Shown: in pieces, positions 1 through 9,078 of the stretch | Layout of the letters: every line of letters starts with the position of its first letter | Position numbering within the stretch: position 1 is the first letter of the stretch | Source of the DNA: an uncultured bacterium | GTDB lineage: Bacteria > Auribacterota > JACPWU01 | Assembly: GCA_964640155.1 (NCBI GenBank) | Contig: CAZXEQ010000007.1 | Span: forward strand, 153,048-185,047 | DNA length: 32,000 bases | Direction of reading: 5' to 3' | Position numbers and translations under genes: made by a program | Notes under the pieces: model-generated | The model's database searches: none | The model's input: the letters and a program-made list of their open reading frames with translations, nothing else | What the model was told of the DNA's origin: nothing

Positions 1-825
1 AGACAAAATTCTTCAAAATTAGAGGGTGGTTTCATTCTCATTCAGTTAATGATAGGAGTCTTTTTTATTGCCATCAGTCTTTTGTTCTTCTCGAGTTTTC
101 TTGCATCTGAGCAAAAAAGAGTTCAATCTCTCAAGGAAAATTTTGAGAAAGATCTTCTCCATCGTTCAAAAATTTATGAAGCCATTGCACTTTTGACAGA
201 GGATGCTACTCAAAAAGATGACTTAACAGAACCTTGGCATCAAATCCGAGGATTAAATGATTCTTCTGGGCCTATTTATTTTGAGATAGAGGATGAATGC
301 TCGAAACTGGATTTAAACCAACTATTACATTCAGATAAGAAATTTAAAGAAAAATATGAGAGTTTTATCCAACGACTATTCAAAAACCTGCGAATTGCAT
401 CGATAGACTCACAAGCCATTCTAAACAAAGTTAAAAATGAAGGACCCCTTATTTCTTTAGAACAAATCCCTGCAATTCAAAAAATCAAGAAGGAAAGAGG
501 GCTTGATTTGGAGAAATTTCTAACTGTTTACTCGGCAGGGCGTATCAATATTAATACGGCTTCAAAAGAGGTTTTAGAGGTTTTGCTAGCCGAAGCCAGT
601 CCATTTCTGATAAAAGAGATTCTCTATAAAAGGAAAAAGTCTGGTTTTAAGGATAAAGAGCAGTTAAGAGAAGTCCCTTCAGATTTAATTGATTTTCTCA
701 CGACTCGAAGTATTTTTTTTCAAATTAAGAGTTTTGAAAAAGATCAACACAAAATAAGAGTTATTTTAAACAGAGAATTAGGGGAAGTTAAAATTTGCCA
801 ATGGCTAGAAGAAGAGAAGTCATAA
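1..825 (+). CDS. gspK: Type II secretion minor pseudopilin GspK-like; the 5' end probably lies outside the window
   Basis: The C-terminal half carries the GspK-type helix-hairpin-helix signature (GRININTASKEVLEVLLAEASP). The frame of the 49..825 ORF stays open back to base 1 and encodes ...LEGGFILIQLMIGVFFIAISLLFF. This is a prepilin-like G|F-x-L-I motif plus a hydrophobic helix, with Q rather than E at +5, as expected for GspK. The ATG at 49 is therefore probably internal. Confidence 0.6.
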   Translation, partial: RQNSSKLEGGFILIQLMIGVFFIAISLLFFSSFLASEQKRVQSLKENFEKDLLHRSKIYEAIALLTEDATQKDDLTEPWHQIRGLNDSSGPIYFEIEDECSKLDLNQLLHSDKKFKEKYESFIQRLFKNLRIASIDSQAILNKVKNEGPLISLEQIPAIQKIKKERGLDLEKFLTVYSAGRININTASKEVLEVLLAEASPFLIKEILYKRKKSGFKDKEQLREVPSDLIDFLTTRSIFFQIKSFEKDQHKIRVILNRELGEVKICQWLEEEKS

Positions 826-836
826 GTTTAGAGAAA

Positions 837-2150
837 ATGTCTGATAGCAAAATTCAGCTTCTTCGTTTTATTTTAGAAGACGGTGAAGTTGAAATCCTTC
901 ATTCTGCAAGCATCGACTTGCCCCAAAAAGAGCATTCTTTTAAAGATATTTTAAAAAAGAATGTGGGACGAATAAGCGTTCCTTTTCCCTTAGAATCTTC
1001 TTATATTTATGAAACTCAAATTCCTCGGAATGCTTCTGGCAAGACGTTAAGTTATGTTCTTCATATGACCCAAGAAGTTAATACGCCCAGAGAAGAAAAG
1101 AGCTTGAAAACCTTTTATCTCAAAGGGGAAGATAAAGAAGACAAAACCCAATATTTTCAGATAAGTGTCTCAGATTCTCTCATTCCTTTTTCTGAGGAAA
1201 TTGAGCTAGGTTTAGCAGCTACCAACCCTTTTGCCTTCTTTCAGTCTTTTTCTCGTATCTTTCATTTTCCGACAAATGAAACGAGTCTATTGCTTTATCA
1301 AAAAAAACAAGGATTAATCGTTGCCTGGGGGAAGAATGGAAAAGTCTCATGTATAAGAAATCTTTCAAAATACCACTCTGATCAGTGGCCTATTCTTGCA
1401 GAACAAATCTTTTCAGCCGTTCCCGGAATTAAATATTTTTACAGTTGGTGTGATGCAAGATTCCAAGCATTGTTAAATCAGTCTAAGCATTTAATAACTT
1501 GGACACATTTGCAAGAAAAGGGTCTCCCAAAGAATTTAAAGGGAAATGAAGAAAATTTAGAAGGAATTTGTGCTGCACTTGCTTTTGCTTTAGAATATTC
1601 AAACCCCGTTATTGAACTTTCAGGAAATCATCTTTCCTCTTTGAATCTTTCTTCTCTTAGACAAACATGGATCAAAAGCTTAAAGCTTGTCTCTTTAACT
1701 GGAATACTCCTTTTAAGTTTAGGTTGGACACAAGTTTATAAGGCAAAGAAAGAAATTTCAGCGATAAGTCAAAAATTCGAAGAAGTATTTTATAGTTTTT
1801 TTTCTGCAAAAACTCCTATGCTTGCCCCTCTTCAACAGCTTCAGGAAAAAATAGATCAACAAAAAAAATTACAGTCTTCAACTTCTGGTATTACTCATCA
1901 TCAACTCCTAAAAACATTGAATCATCTTTACGAGTCTAAGCCAGCTCATGTTTCTGTAAATCTGATTGATTCATTGGATCATCAATTTAAAATAGAAGTC
2001 ATGGGTGCATCATCTGAAGAAATCCGTCAATGGAGTGAAAAGATTCAAGATGGTGAATTTAAAGATATTCGATTGAGTGAAGAAAGGAATACGGGTTCGA
2101 ACAATTCACTCACTTATTATTTAACCTTTACACTTGTTTCTTCATCATGA
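837..2150 (+). CDS. Bitopic membrane protein, putative T2SS assembly protein (GspL-like)
   Basis: The ORF is 795..2150. The ATG at 837 (MSDSKIQ...) lies just after the gspK stop at 823-825, so it is the preferred start. A long N-terminal soluble part is followed by one TM segment (LKLVSLTGILLLSLGWTQVY) and a C-terminal domain of about 130 aa. This topology and the position after gspK fit GspL. No diagnostic motif was recognised. Confidence 0.4.
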   Translation: MSDSKIQLLRFILEDGEVEILHSASIDLPQKEHSFKDILKKNVGRISVPFPLESSYIYETQIPRNASGKTLSYVLHMTQEVNTPREEKSLKTFYLKGEDKEDKTQYFQISVSDSLIPFSEEIELGLAATNPFAFFQSFSRIFHFPTNETSLLLYQKKQGLIVAWGKNGKVSCIRNLSKYHSDQWPILAEQIFSAVPGIKYFYSWCDARFQALLNQSKHLITWTHLQEKGLPKNLKGNEENLEGICAALAFALEYSNPVIELSGNHLSSLNLSSLRQTWIKSLKLVSLTGILLLSLGWTQVYKAKKEISAISQKFEEVFYSFFSAKTPMLAPLQQLQEKIDQQKKLQSSTSGITHHQLLKTLNHLYESKPAHVSVNLIDSLDHQFKIEVMGASSEEIRQWSEKIQDGEFKDIRLSEERNTGSNNSLTYYLTFTLVSSS

Positions 2151-2581
2151 AAAAAATAATCATTGGGAGTCTTATTGCTTTTGCATTGTTGGTCAGTTTA
2201 ATTGGACTTTTTTATCATGCGAGCAACCTTCATGATAAAGTAAGGACACTTAAATCTGAATATGACGCGTTTGTGAAATTAAAAGAAAATTCTCAAAAGG
2301 GAATTCCGAAAAATAATCAAACCCTTCTGAAATCTATCGAAGAGCTTGTTAAGACCTTAGAGCTTAAAAACAATCTAGAGTCTTTAAAATCGATTAATGA
2401 TTGCATTGAAATTTCACTAAAAGATCTTTCTCAAGAAAGCTTAATCGAATTTTTAAAAAAGCTAGATGCTTTACCACCTTTTCGTATTCTTAAGTCAAAT
2501 TTTGCTAGCAGCTCTTCGGGAAAGTTAGGCCTCAATCTTGTGCTTGCCCCGCCCACCGTACAAGCAGAGGCAACATCATGA
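2147..2581 (+). CDS. Small bitopic membrane protein, putative GspM-like T2SS component
   Basis: 144 aa with an N-terminal TM helix (IIIGSLIAFALLVSLIGLFY) and a soluble domain. It shares a 4-nt ATGA overlap with the upstream gene. The call rests on synteny and topology only. Confidence 0.35.
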   Translation: MKKIIIGSLIAFALLVSLIGLFYHASNLHDKVRTLKSEYDAFVKLKENSQKGIPKNNQTLLKSIEELVKTLELKNNLESLKSINDCIEISLKDLSQESLIEFLKKLDALPPFRILKSNFASSSSGKLGLNLVLAPPTVQAEATS

Positions 2582-3687
2582 ACATTACCATGGATGTTCA
2601 GCCTCTTTTAGGAAGAAAGAGTGGGGTGGGTTTTTACATTTGGGGTTTGATTCATGCCCTTTCTCAAATAGACTCAAAAAATCAATATCATTTGGCTTTT
2701 TTTGATTTTAAAAATCGACAACATGTGATTCCTGATTTGGCGGCCAATTTTAAAAAGAGAAAAAGTGTTATTCCTGGCCGAATGGTAAGTGCCTTATGGA
2801 AAAAACTAAAATTTCCATCTTATGACTTTTTCTTTGGTAAAGCGGATTTATTTCATTTCCCTAATTTTATTATTCGACCGATTCGCGAGGGAAAGACGAT
2901 TGCAACCATTCACGATGTATCCTTTCTTCGTTTTCCTCAATATACAGAACCCAAAAATCTAAAGTTTTTAACAGATAAGATAGAAGAGACTGTGTTGCGA
3001 GCGAATCAAATCATTGTTGATTCCGAGTTTACAAAATCAGAGCTTCTTTCTTTTTTTAAAATAGATTCCACTCGTGTTCATTCTATTCATCTGGGCATTG
3101 ATTCTCATTTTCAACCGTCCTTAAATCACGAGGCCTCAAAAAAGATTCTTTTTGTTGGGACCATTGAGCCTCGCAAAAATCTCACTCATTTGTTCAAAGC
3201 ATTTGATCTTTTTACAGAAAGAATGAAAGAACAAAATTATCAATTGATCATTGCTGGTATGAAAGGGTGGCTTTATGAAGAAACGTTCAGAAGCTTAGAA
3301 AAATGTAAATCAAAAGAGAGAATACATTTGTTGAACTATGTTGATGATCATCAACTGATTCAACTCTATCAAGAAGCAGATCTCTTCGTTTATCCTTCAT
3401 TTTATGAAGGATTTGGTTTGCCTCCTTTAGAAGCGATGGCTTCTGGAGTGCCTGTTATTGCAGCAAAAAGGGGGTCTTTAGGTGAAGTTTTGGGCGAGGC
3501 TCCTGCATGGATAGAGCCTGAAGATATAGAAGGTCTTGCTAAGAATATGGAAAGGGTTCTTTGCGATCAAGAGTATAAACAGATGCTTATTGCAAAAGGT
3601 CTCTTACAAGCTAAAAAGTTTAATTGGAAAACAACAGCTGAGCAGACGCTGGATGTTTATTATAAAGCCATGGGGCTTTCATTATGA
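2578..3687 (+). CDS. Glycosyltransferase family 4 (GT-B, retaining)
   Basis: Carries an E-x7-E type motif (PSFYEGFGLPPLEAMASGVPVIA). At 369 aa the size is typical. It has a 4-nt overlap with the upstream gene. Confidence 0.85.
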   Translation: MNITMDVQPLLGRKSGVGFYIWGLIHALSQIDSKNQYHLAFFDFKNRQHVIPDLAANFKKRKSVIPGRMVSALWKKLKFPSYDFFFGKADLFHFPNFIIRPIREGKTIATIHDVSFLRFPQYTEPKNLKFLTDKIEETVLRANQIIVDSEFTKSELLSFFKIDSTRVHSIHLGIDSHFQPSLNHEASKKILFVGTIEPRKNLTHLFKAFDLFTERMKEQNYQLIIAGMKGWLYEETFRSLEKCKSKERIHLLNYVDDHQLIQLYQEADLFVYPSFYEGFGLPPLEAMASGVPVIAAKRGSLGEVLGEAPAWIEPEDIEGLAKNMERVLCDQEYKQMLIAKGLLQAKKFNWKTTAEQTLDVYYKAMGLSL

Positions 3688-4832
3688 GAATTGCGATTGA
3701 TGCACGGTGGATTACAAAAGAATCTTCTGGTATTGGGCAATATACAACGAATTTGATTCGTTATTTATCAAAACATTCAAATCATTCTAATACGTATTTC
3801 CTCATTTTTTCTAAAAGAGAGATTTTCGAGAAACTTAGTTTAGAATTAAACTTAAAAGAAAAAGAAAATTTTAAACCTATTTTTATATCTTACGATGTTT
3901 TCTCTTTCTTAGGACAAATCAAGCTTCCTTTTCTTTTGAATCGAATGAAAATAGATTTATTTCACTCTACCAATTTTATGATTCCTCTTTTTAGTCTTAA
4001 AACAAAAGTAGTAGCAACCATACATGATCTTATTCCTTTTCTTTTTCCGGAATATGCACCACGATCTAAAAAAAGTAGATTTTATTTTTTTTATAGTTTC
4101 CTGATGCAATGTATTATTAAAAAAGTGAATCATATTTTTGTGGATTCTAAAAACTCTTATAATGATTTGATTCAAAATTTTAAAAAAGCGGACAAGAAAA
4201 CAAGTATTTTGACATTTGGTATTGATCCTTCTTTTAATTCTCAAGAAACATCCCAACCCCAATTTTCAATTCAGAAAAAATTGTCGCTTGAAGGCCCTTT
4301 TATTCTTTATGTTGGAAGGCAAGACCCTTATAAAAACTTAATTCATCTTGTGAAAGTTTTTAAAGAGCTCTCAAAAGATTTTGACAATCTCTCTTTGGTT
4401 ATTGCTGGATCTAGAGATGAAAGGTACCCAGAGCTTTGGCAAACGATTTCAGCATTAAAACTTGATTCGAAGGTTATTCTCACAGGTTTTCTTTCGCAAA
4501 ACGACCTTGTTCATCTCTATAAAAAAGCTTCTGTTTTAGCTTTGCCGAGCCGATATGAAGGTTTTGGATTACCGCTGCTTGAAGCCATGTCCTGTGGAGT
4601 TCCTGTGGTCGCCTCCAACGCAGCATCTATTCCAGAGATTGTAGGAGATGCGGGGATACTATTGGATGCCGATGATGTTGGAAAATGGGTTGAATCTATC
4701 TCTTGTCTATTGAAGGACGAGTCACTTCGACTTAAGCTCATTGAAAAGGGCTATCAAAGACTTTCTCTTTTTAATTGGGAAAAGACCATTGAACAACTTT
4801 TATTAGAGTATGAAAAAATATGTCAAAGATGA
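3684..4832 (+). CDS. Glycosyltransferase family 4
   Basis: Carries the motif PSRYEGFGLPLLEAMSCGVPVVAS and a GT-B C-terminal domain. It has a 4-nt overlap with the upstream GT gene. Confidence 0.85.
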   Translation: MRIAIDARWITKESSGIGQYTTNLIRYLSKHSNHSNTYFLIFSKREIFEKLSLELNLKEKENFKPIFISYDVFSFLGQIKLPFLLNRMKIDLFHSTNFMIPLFSLKTKVVATIHDLIPFLFPEYAPRSKKSRFYFFYSFLMQCIIKKVNHIFVDSKNSYNDLIQNFKKADKKTSILTFGIDPSFNSQETSQPQFSIQKKLSLEGPFILYVGRQDPYKNLIHLVKVFKELSKDFDNLSLVIAGSRDERYPELWQTISALKLDSKVILTGFLSQNDLVHLYKKASVLALPSRYEGFGLPLLEAMSCGVPVVASNAASIPEIVGDAGILLDADDVGKWVESISCLLKDESLRLKLIEKGYQRLSLFNWEKTIEQLLLEYEKICQR

Positions 4833-5923
4833 AAATGGCTTTTATTCATGACTGGCTCAATGGAATGAGGGGAGGGGAGAAATGCCTAGAAACACTTCTA
4901 GAAATTTTCCCTAAAACGCCTATTTTTACACTTTTATATCAGCAAGAGAAAGTATCTGAGTTGATTCGTCAATCTCCTATCACTTCGTCTTGGATTGGTA
5001 AATTGCCCTTTTGGCGTGAAAAATATCGGTATTATTTACCTCTTTTCCCCTTTGCGATTAAAAGTTTTGATCTTAGTTCATATGAAGCGATTTTAAGCAT
5101 CAGTCATTGCGCCGCGAAAGCGGTTCGCATTCCACCCAAAAGCCTTCACATTTGTTATTGTCTGACGCCTATGCGATATTTATGGGGTTTCTACGAGGAA
5201 TATTTTGGAAAAGGTCCCTATCATTGGCTAAAACATTTAGGCCTTCAACCTCTTCTTTCTTTTTTAAAAAAGTGGGATTTTGAAACTGCAAAAAATGTTC
5301 ATCACTTTATTGCAATTTCAAACTATGTGGCTGAAAGAATAAAAAAAATCTATGGGAGAGAGTCTAGGGTTATTTATCCTCCTGTAGATACTCACAAATA
5401 TTTCTATGATGAAAGCGAAACAAAAGAGAATTATTTTTTAATTGCATCTGCTCTTGTGCCCTATAAGCGAATTGATATTGCAATTGAAGCATTTAACAAA
5501 CTTAAACAACCGTTAAAAATTATTGGAGCAGGTACAGAGCTCAATCGTCTTAAAGCAAAAGCAGGTCCCACCATAGAATTCTTAGGATGGCAGTCTGACG
5601 TTAAGCTTCGAGAATATTATTCTAAGGCGAAAGCATTCATTTTCCCTTCAGAAGAGGATTTTGGAATTACTCCTTTGGAAGCTCAGGCTTGTGGTACGCC
5701 CGTTATTGCATACGGTAAAGGAGGGGCTTTAGAGACCATTCAGGATCAAAAAACGGGAATTTTCTTTAATCAGCAACATGAAGAATCTCTGATCGAAGCT
5801 ATTGAAAAATTTAACAACATCTCCTATGATAGGCGAGCCTTGCGCCAAAATGCGCTTCGTTTTCGAAAAGAAGTATTTCAAGAACAGTTCAAATCTTTTC
5901 TGAAAGAAAAGGGAATAGAATAA
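4820..5923 (+). CDS. Glycosyltransferase family 4
   Basis: Carries the motif PSEEDFGITPLEAQACGTPVIAYGKGGALE. An alternative in-frame start at 4829 would give an ATGA overlap with the preceding stop at 4830-4832. Confidence 0.8.
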   Translation: MSKMKMAFIHDWLNGMRGGEKCLETLLEIFPKTPIFTLLYQQEKVSELIRQSPITSSWIGKLPFWREKYRYYLPLFPFAIKSFDLSSYEAILSISHCAAKAVRIPPKSLHICYCLTPMRYLWGFYEEYFGKGPYHWLKHLGLQPLLSFLKKWDFETAKNVHHFIAISNYVAERIKKIYGRESRVIYPPVDTHKYFYDESETKENYFLIASALVPYKRIDIAIEAFNKLKQPLKIIGAGTELNRLKAKAGPTIEFLGWQSDVKLREYYSKAKAFIFPSEEDFGITPLEAQACGTPVIAYGKGGALETIQDQKTGIFFNQQHEESLIEAIEKFNNISYDRRALRQNALRFRKEVFQEQFKSFLKEKGIE

Positions 5924-5948
5924 TTTTAGAACTATTTTAGGGAAAAAT

Positions 5949-7364
5949 ATGGCTCGTCAGCGTTCAGTTGATTTTTGGCTTCTTGCTCTTCAAATTTTAT
6001 TAGATTCTATTTTGCTTTATCTTTCCTTTTGTTTTGCTTTTTTTATTCGCTTTCATTCAGGCTTGTTTCAAGTCACTCGAGGAATGCCTTCATTTATTTC
6101 ATATGCGGAAGTTTTTCCGGCTGCTACGGTTGTCATGCTTTTGGTCTTTAAATCTATGGGATTGTATGTTAAAAAAGAATTTGGAAAGGAATTACAGCTT
6201 TTTCAAACCATCAAAGCTGTATCTTTAGGAACGTTTATTTTAACTTCTCTTACCTTCCTTTATCGCGAAATTTCTTACTCACGACTCCTTGTGGTTATAG
6301 CTTGGTTTTTAGGCGCATTCATGATCGTCTTGGGAAGATTTTTAATGCGTTTTATTAGAAAAAATATTTATCTTGTTTTAAAACTTCATAAAAATTTTCT
6401 TATTATTGGAGCTGGTGAATGCTCAAAGATTATTATGCAAAGTTTGCTTAAAGTTGATCCTGATCTTTATAAAGTTGTAGGAGTTCTAAACCACATAGAG
6501 CAAGTAGATTCATCTTTGACAGACTACAAAATATCATCCACTCTTCCTATTTTAGGATCTGTTGATCAACTGCCTGCATTACTGACATCACAAAAAATAG
6601 ATGAAGTGATACTCACTGTACCAGGCTTAGAACATAAGAAAATTGTTGAAATTATTTTGGCTTGTGAAAAGGAGATGGTGAATTTTAGAATGGTTCCTGA
6701 TATCTTTGAGATCTTAACAACACAAGTTGAATTAGAAAATTTTCATGGAATTACACTTTTAGGGCTTAAGCAATTTCCTTTAGAGAAAGCGATCAATCGT
6801 TTTTATAAGAGAACAGTTGATGTTCTGGGAGCAAGTTTTGGATTGATTCTTTTATCGCCCCTTTTTTTGTTGATTGGTTGTTTGATTAAAAAAGATTCGG
6901 CAGGTACCATTTTTTATACACAAGAGCGCATTGGACAAGATGGAAAACATTTTATGATGATTAAATTTCGAACCATGAGTCCTGATGCAGAGAAAAAAAC
7001 GGGACCTGTGTGGGCAAAAGAGGATGATCCACGACGTACGCGCATCGGTGCATTTTTGAGACGTTTTAATCTCGATGAGCTTCCTCAGCTTTGGAATGTT
7101 CTTAAGGCTGATATGAGTTTGGTGGGCCCCCGACCTGAAAGACCTCATTTTGTAAATGAGTTTAAGGGAAAAATTCCTAGATATATGTCACGGCATCGTA
7201 TTAAATCAGGTATGACAGGTTGGGCCCAAGTGAATGGTCTTAGAGGAAATACTTCTATTTTAGAGCGAATAAAATATGATCTGTATTATCTTGAGAACTG
7301 GTCTATCTGGTTTGATTTAAAAATTATTTTAAAAACTTTTTTTGCTCGGCAAAATGCTTATTGA
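5949..7364 (+). CDS. Polyprenyl-phosphate glycosyl-1-phosphate transferase (WbaP/PssY-like initiating sugar transferase)
   Basis: The N-terminus has multiple TM helices and the middle is Rossmann-like. The C-terminal bacterial sugar transferase signature is present (DELPQLWNVLKADMSLVGPRPERP ... GMTGWAQVNG). Confidence 0.9.
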   Translation: MARQRSVDFWLLALQILLDSILLYLSFCFAFFIRFHSGLFQVTRGMPSFISYAEVFPAATVVMLLVFKSMGLYVKKEFGKELQLFQTIKAVSLGTFILTSLTFLYREISYSRLLVVIAWFLGAFMIVLGRFLMRFIRKNIYLVLKLHKNFLIIGAGECSKIIMQSLLKVDPDLYKVVGVLNHIEQVDSSLTDYKISSTLPILGSVDQLPALLTSQKIDEVILTVPGLEHKKIVEIILACEKEMVNFRMVPDIFEILTTQVELENFHGITLLGLKQFPLEKAINRFYKRTVDVLGASFGLILLSPLFLLIGCLIKKDSAGTIFYTQERIGQDGKHFMMIKFRTMSPDAEKKTGPVWAKEDDPRRTRIGAFLRRFNLDELPQLWNVLKADMSLVGPRPERPHFVNEFKGKIPRYMSRHRIKSGMTGWAQVNGLRGNTSILERIKYDLYYLENWSIWFDLKIILKTFFARQNAY

Positions 7365-7374
7365 AAAAGGTAAT

Positions 7375-7770
7375 ATGACTAAAAGTCCTAAAAAGAAAAA
7401 CCCTGCTATTGCGTTTTTATTAGCCTATCTTTTCCCAGGGCTAGGTCATTTTTATATGGGGAAAAGGGGACTTGGATTATTTCTTTTTGTCTCAATTGTG
7501 CTCACCTATGCCATCGGGATTTCTTTAGGGGGAGGTATTCTTTGGGATGAAATGAATTTTTTAACGGTTTTGGCTTATATTGTAAAATTTTTTAACGGTT
7601 TTCCATTTTTAAGTACTTTGTTTTATCAAACTTTTTATGAGCTTTCGTTTTATTTTAATGAAATGGGAACCACTTTTATTTTAATATCAGGGGCACTCAA
7701 TTTACTGGTTATTATTCATTTGATCGAATTGTTGCTCAAAGGTAAGACAGAATGCCAAGCGAATTCATAA
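7375..7770 (+). CDS. Integral membrane protein, function unknown
   Basis: The ORF is 7342..7770. The ATG at 7375 is preceded by AAAAGG. There are three or four predicted TM helices. The N-terminal FPGLGHFYMGKRGLG motif is of the kind seen in small TM2-like membrane proteins. No function is assigned. Confidence 0.5.
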   Translation: MTKSPKKKNPAIAFLLAYLFPGLGHFYMGKRGLGLFLFVSIVLTYAIGISLGGGILWDEMNFLTVLAYIVKFFNGFPFLSTLFYQTFYELSFYFNEMGTTFILISGALNLLVIIHLIELLLKGKTECQANS

Positions 7771-7934
7771 AAAATGTTTTTCTGTTTCTTTATATTGCCT
7801 TTGTAGTTTCATTCGTATGGGTTTCTCTGACTCATGAAGGCCTTAAGAAAATCTTGCAAGAAGGAACAAAAAGTTTTTTAATCTTTGTAATTTGTGCAAT
7901 CACTTTAGGAGTCATTGTTCATTTATTGAGCTAA
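7752..7934 (+). CDS. Small two-TM membrane protein (hypothetical)
   Basis: 60 aa with two hydrophobic helices. An AAGGT sequence lies about 9 nt upstream of the ATG. It fills the gap before the tolQ-like gene. Its short length makes the call tentative. Confidence 0.35.
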   Translation: MPSEFIKNVFLFLYIAFVVSFVWVSLTHEGLKKILQEGTKSFLIFVICAITLGVIVHLLS

Positions 7935-7938
7935 TATT

Positions 7939-8634
7939 ATGGGAACTCTCATTCATTTAGATTTTGTTGGAACACTCATTATTATCATCCTTGCTCTGTT
8001 TTCCGTCTATGGTTGGGCTGTTTTCTTAAATAAAATGAAGCTTTTAAGATCTATTGATAAAAGTTCAAAAATTTTCTTAGAACGTTTTCGAAAAAGTGAA
8101 ATGGATCCTTTGGGTTTTTATCGACAGAATTACGCAAAAGTAGAAGATCCTTCGCCTTTGGTCAAAATTTATAAAGTGGGTTGCCATGAATTAGAAGCCG
8201 TTTTAAAAACAAATGAAACGATTGCTCCTGGAGCGCAAAGAAGTGGGCCTGCTAAAATGTCTATTTTAGAATTAGAGAGCATTCAAAAGATTCTTCAGCG
8301 TACGACTTCTGAAGAAATGATGGCTCTTGAGAAATCTTTGGCTGTTCTCGCAACAGCTTCTTCGGTAGGGCCTCTCTTAGGCCTTTTAGGCACAGTATGG
8401 GGCATTATGGATGCATTTGTGGGGATTGGAAAGAAGGGCACAGCTAGCATCAGTGCAGTTGCTCCAGGTGTGGCTGTGGCTTTGATTACAACAGTTATTG
8501 GTCTTCTAGTTGCAATTCCAGCTCTTATTGCTTATAACTTTTTTCAAAGCCGTTTCAATACCATCGCTATTAAGACTGATAATTTTGCCTCTGAATTTTT
8601 ATCTGCAGTTGAGAAGAAACACGTTCTACGCTAG
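7939..8634 (+). CDS. MotA/TolQ/ExbB family proton-channel protein
   Basis: Three TM segments and the family signature SSVGPLLGLLGTVWGIMDAF. An ExbD/TolR gene follows. Confidence 0.85.
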   Translation: MGTLIHLDFVGTLIIIILALFSVYGWAVFLNKMKLLRSIDKSSKIFLERFRKSEMDPLGFYRQNYAKVEDPSPLVKIYKVGCHELEAVLKTNETIAPGAQRSGPAKMSILELESIQKILQRTTSEEMMALEKSLAVLATASSVGPLLGLLGTVWGIMDAFVGIGKKGTASISAVAPGVAVALITTVIGLLVAIPALIAYNFFQSRFNTIAIKTDNFASEFLSAVEKKHVLR

Positions 8635-8652
8635 GATTCAGGATAGCTCCAC

Positions 8653-9063
8653 ATGATATCTACAAAGCAGCGCTCCAAAAAGATTGTCAGCGATATCAAC
8701 ATGACCAATTTGGTCGATGTCACCATGACTTTGCTGATCGTTTTTATTCTATTGGCTCCGGTGATTGAAACAGGAATTGATTTAAAATTGCCTCAAGCCT
8801 CTTCACAAAAGGTAGATACGCCACAAGAAGTAACAAGTCTTAGCGTTTCAAAAGAGGGAGTTATTTTCTGGAATTCAGAAATGATTAGTTTAGAAGAACT
8901 TCCAAATCGTATTGAAACAGAAAAAGAAAAAAAACCAAATCTAGCAATTTTATTGCGAGGTGATACCAGCACTTCTTATGGTCAAATGGTTAAGGTTTTA
9001 GATATTCTTCGCAATGAAGGAATTGATCAAATTGACATTGCAACTGAAGCTGAGACAAAATAA
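8653..9063 (+). CDS. ExbD/TolR family biopolymer transport protein
   Basis: 136 aa with the N-terminal INMTNLVDVTMTLLIVFIL anchor typical of ExbD/TolR and a periplasmic domain (ILLRGDTSTSYGQMVKVLDIL). Confidence 0.85.
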   Translation: MISTKQRSKKIVSDINMTNLVDVTMTLLIVFILLAPVIETGIDLKLPQASSQKVDTPQEVTSLSVSKEGVIFWNSEMISLEELPNRIETEKEKKPNLAILLRGDTSTSYGQMVKVLDILRNEGIDQIDIATEAETK

Positions 9064-9078
9064 AATTTTTTTTGAATC

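Noticed and set aside
3957-4741. Minus-strand ORFs 3957..4262 and 4517..4741 inside the second glycosyltransferase gene
   Set aside because: They are antisense shadows of a well-supported GT4 gene. They have low-complexity or odd composition and no SD.
6034-7148. ORFs 6034..6228 (+) and 6852..7148 (-) within the sugar-transferase gene
   Set aside because: They lie in alternative frames or antisense to a CDS that has a strong family signature. There is no independent support.
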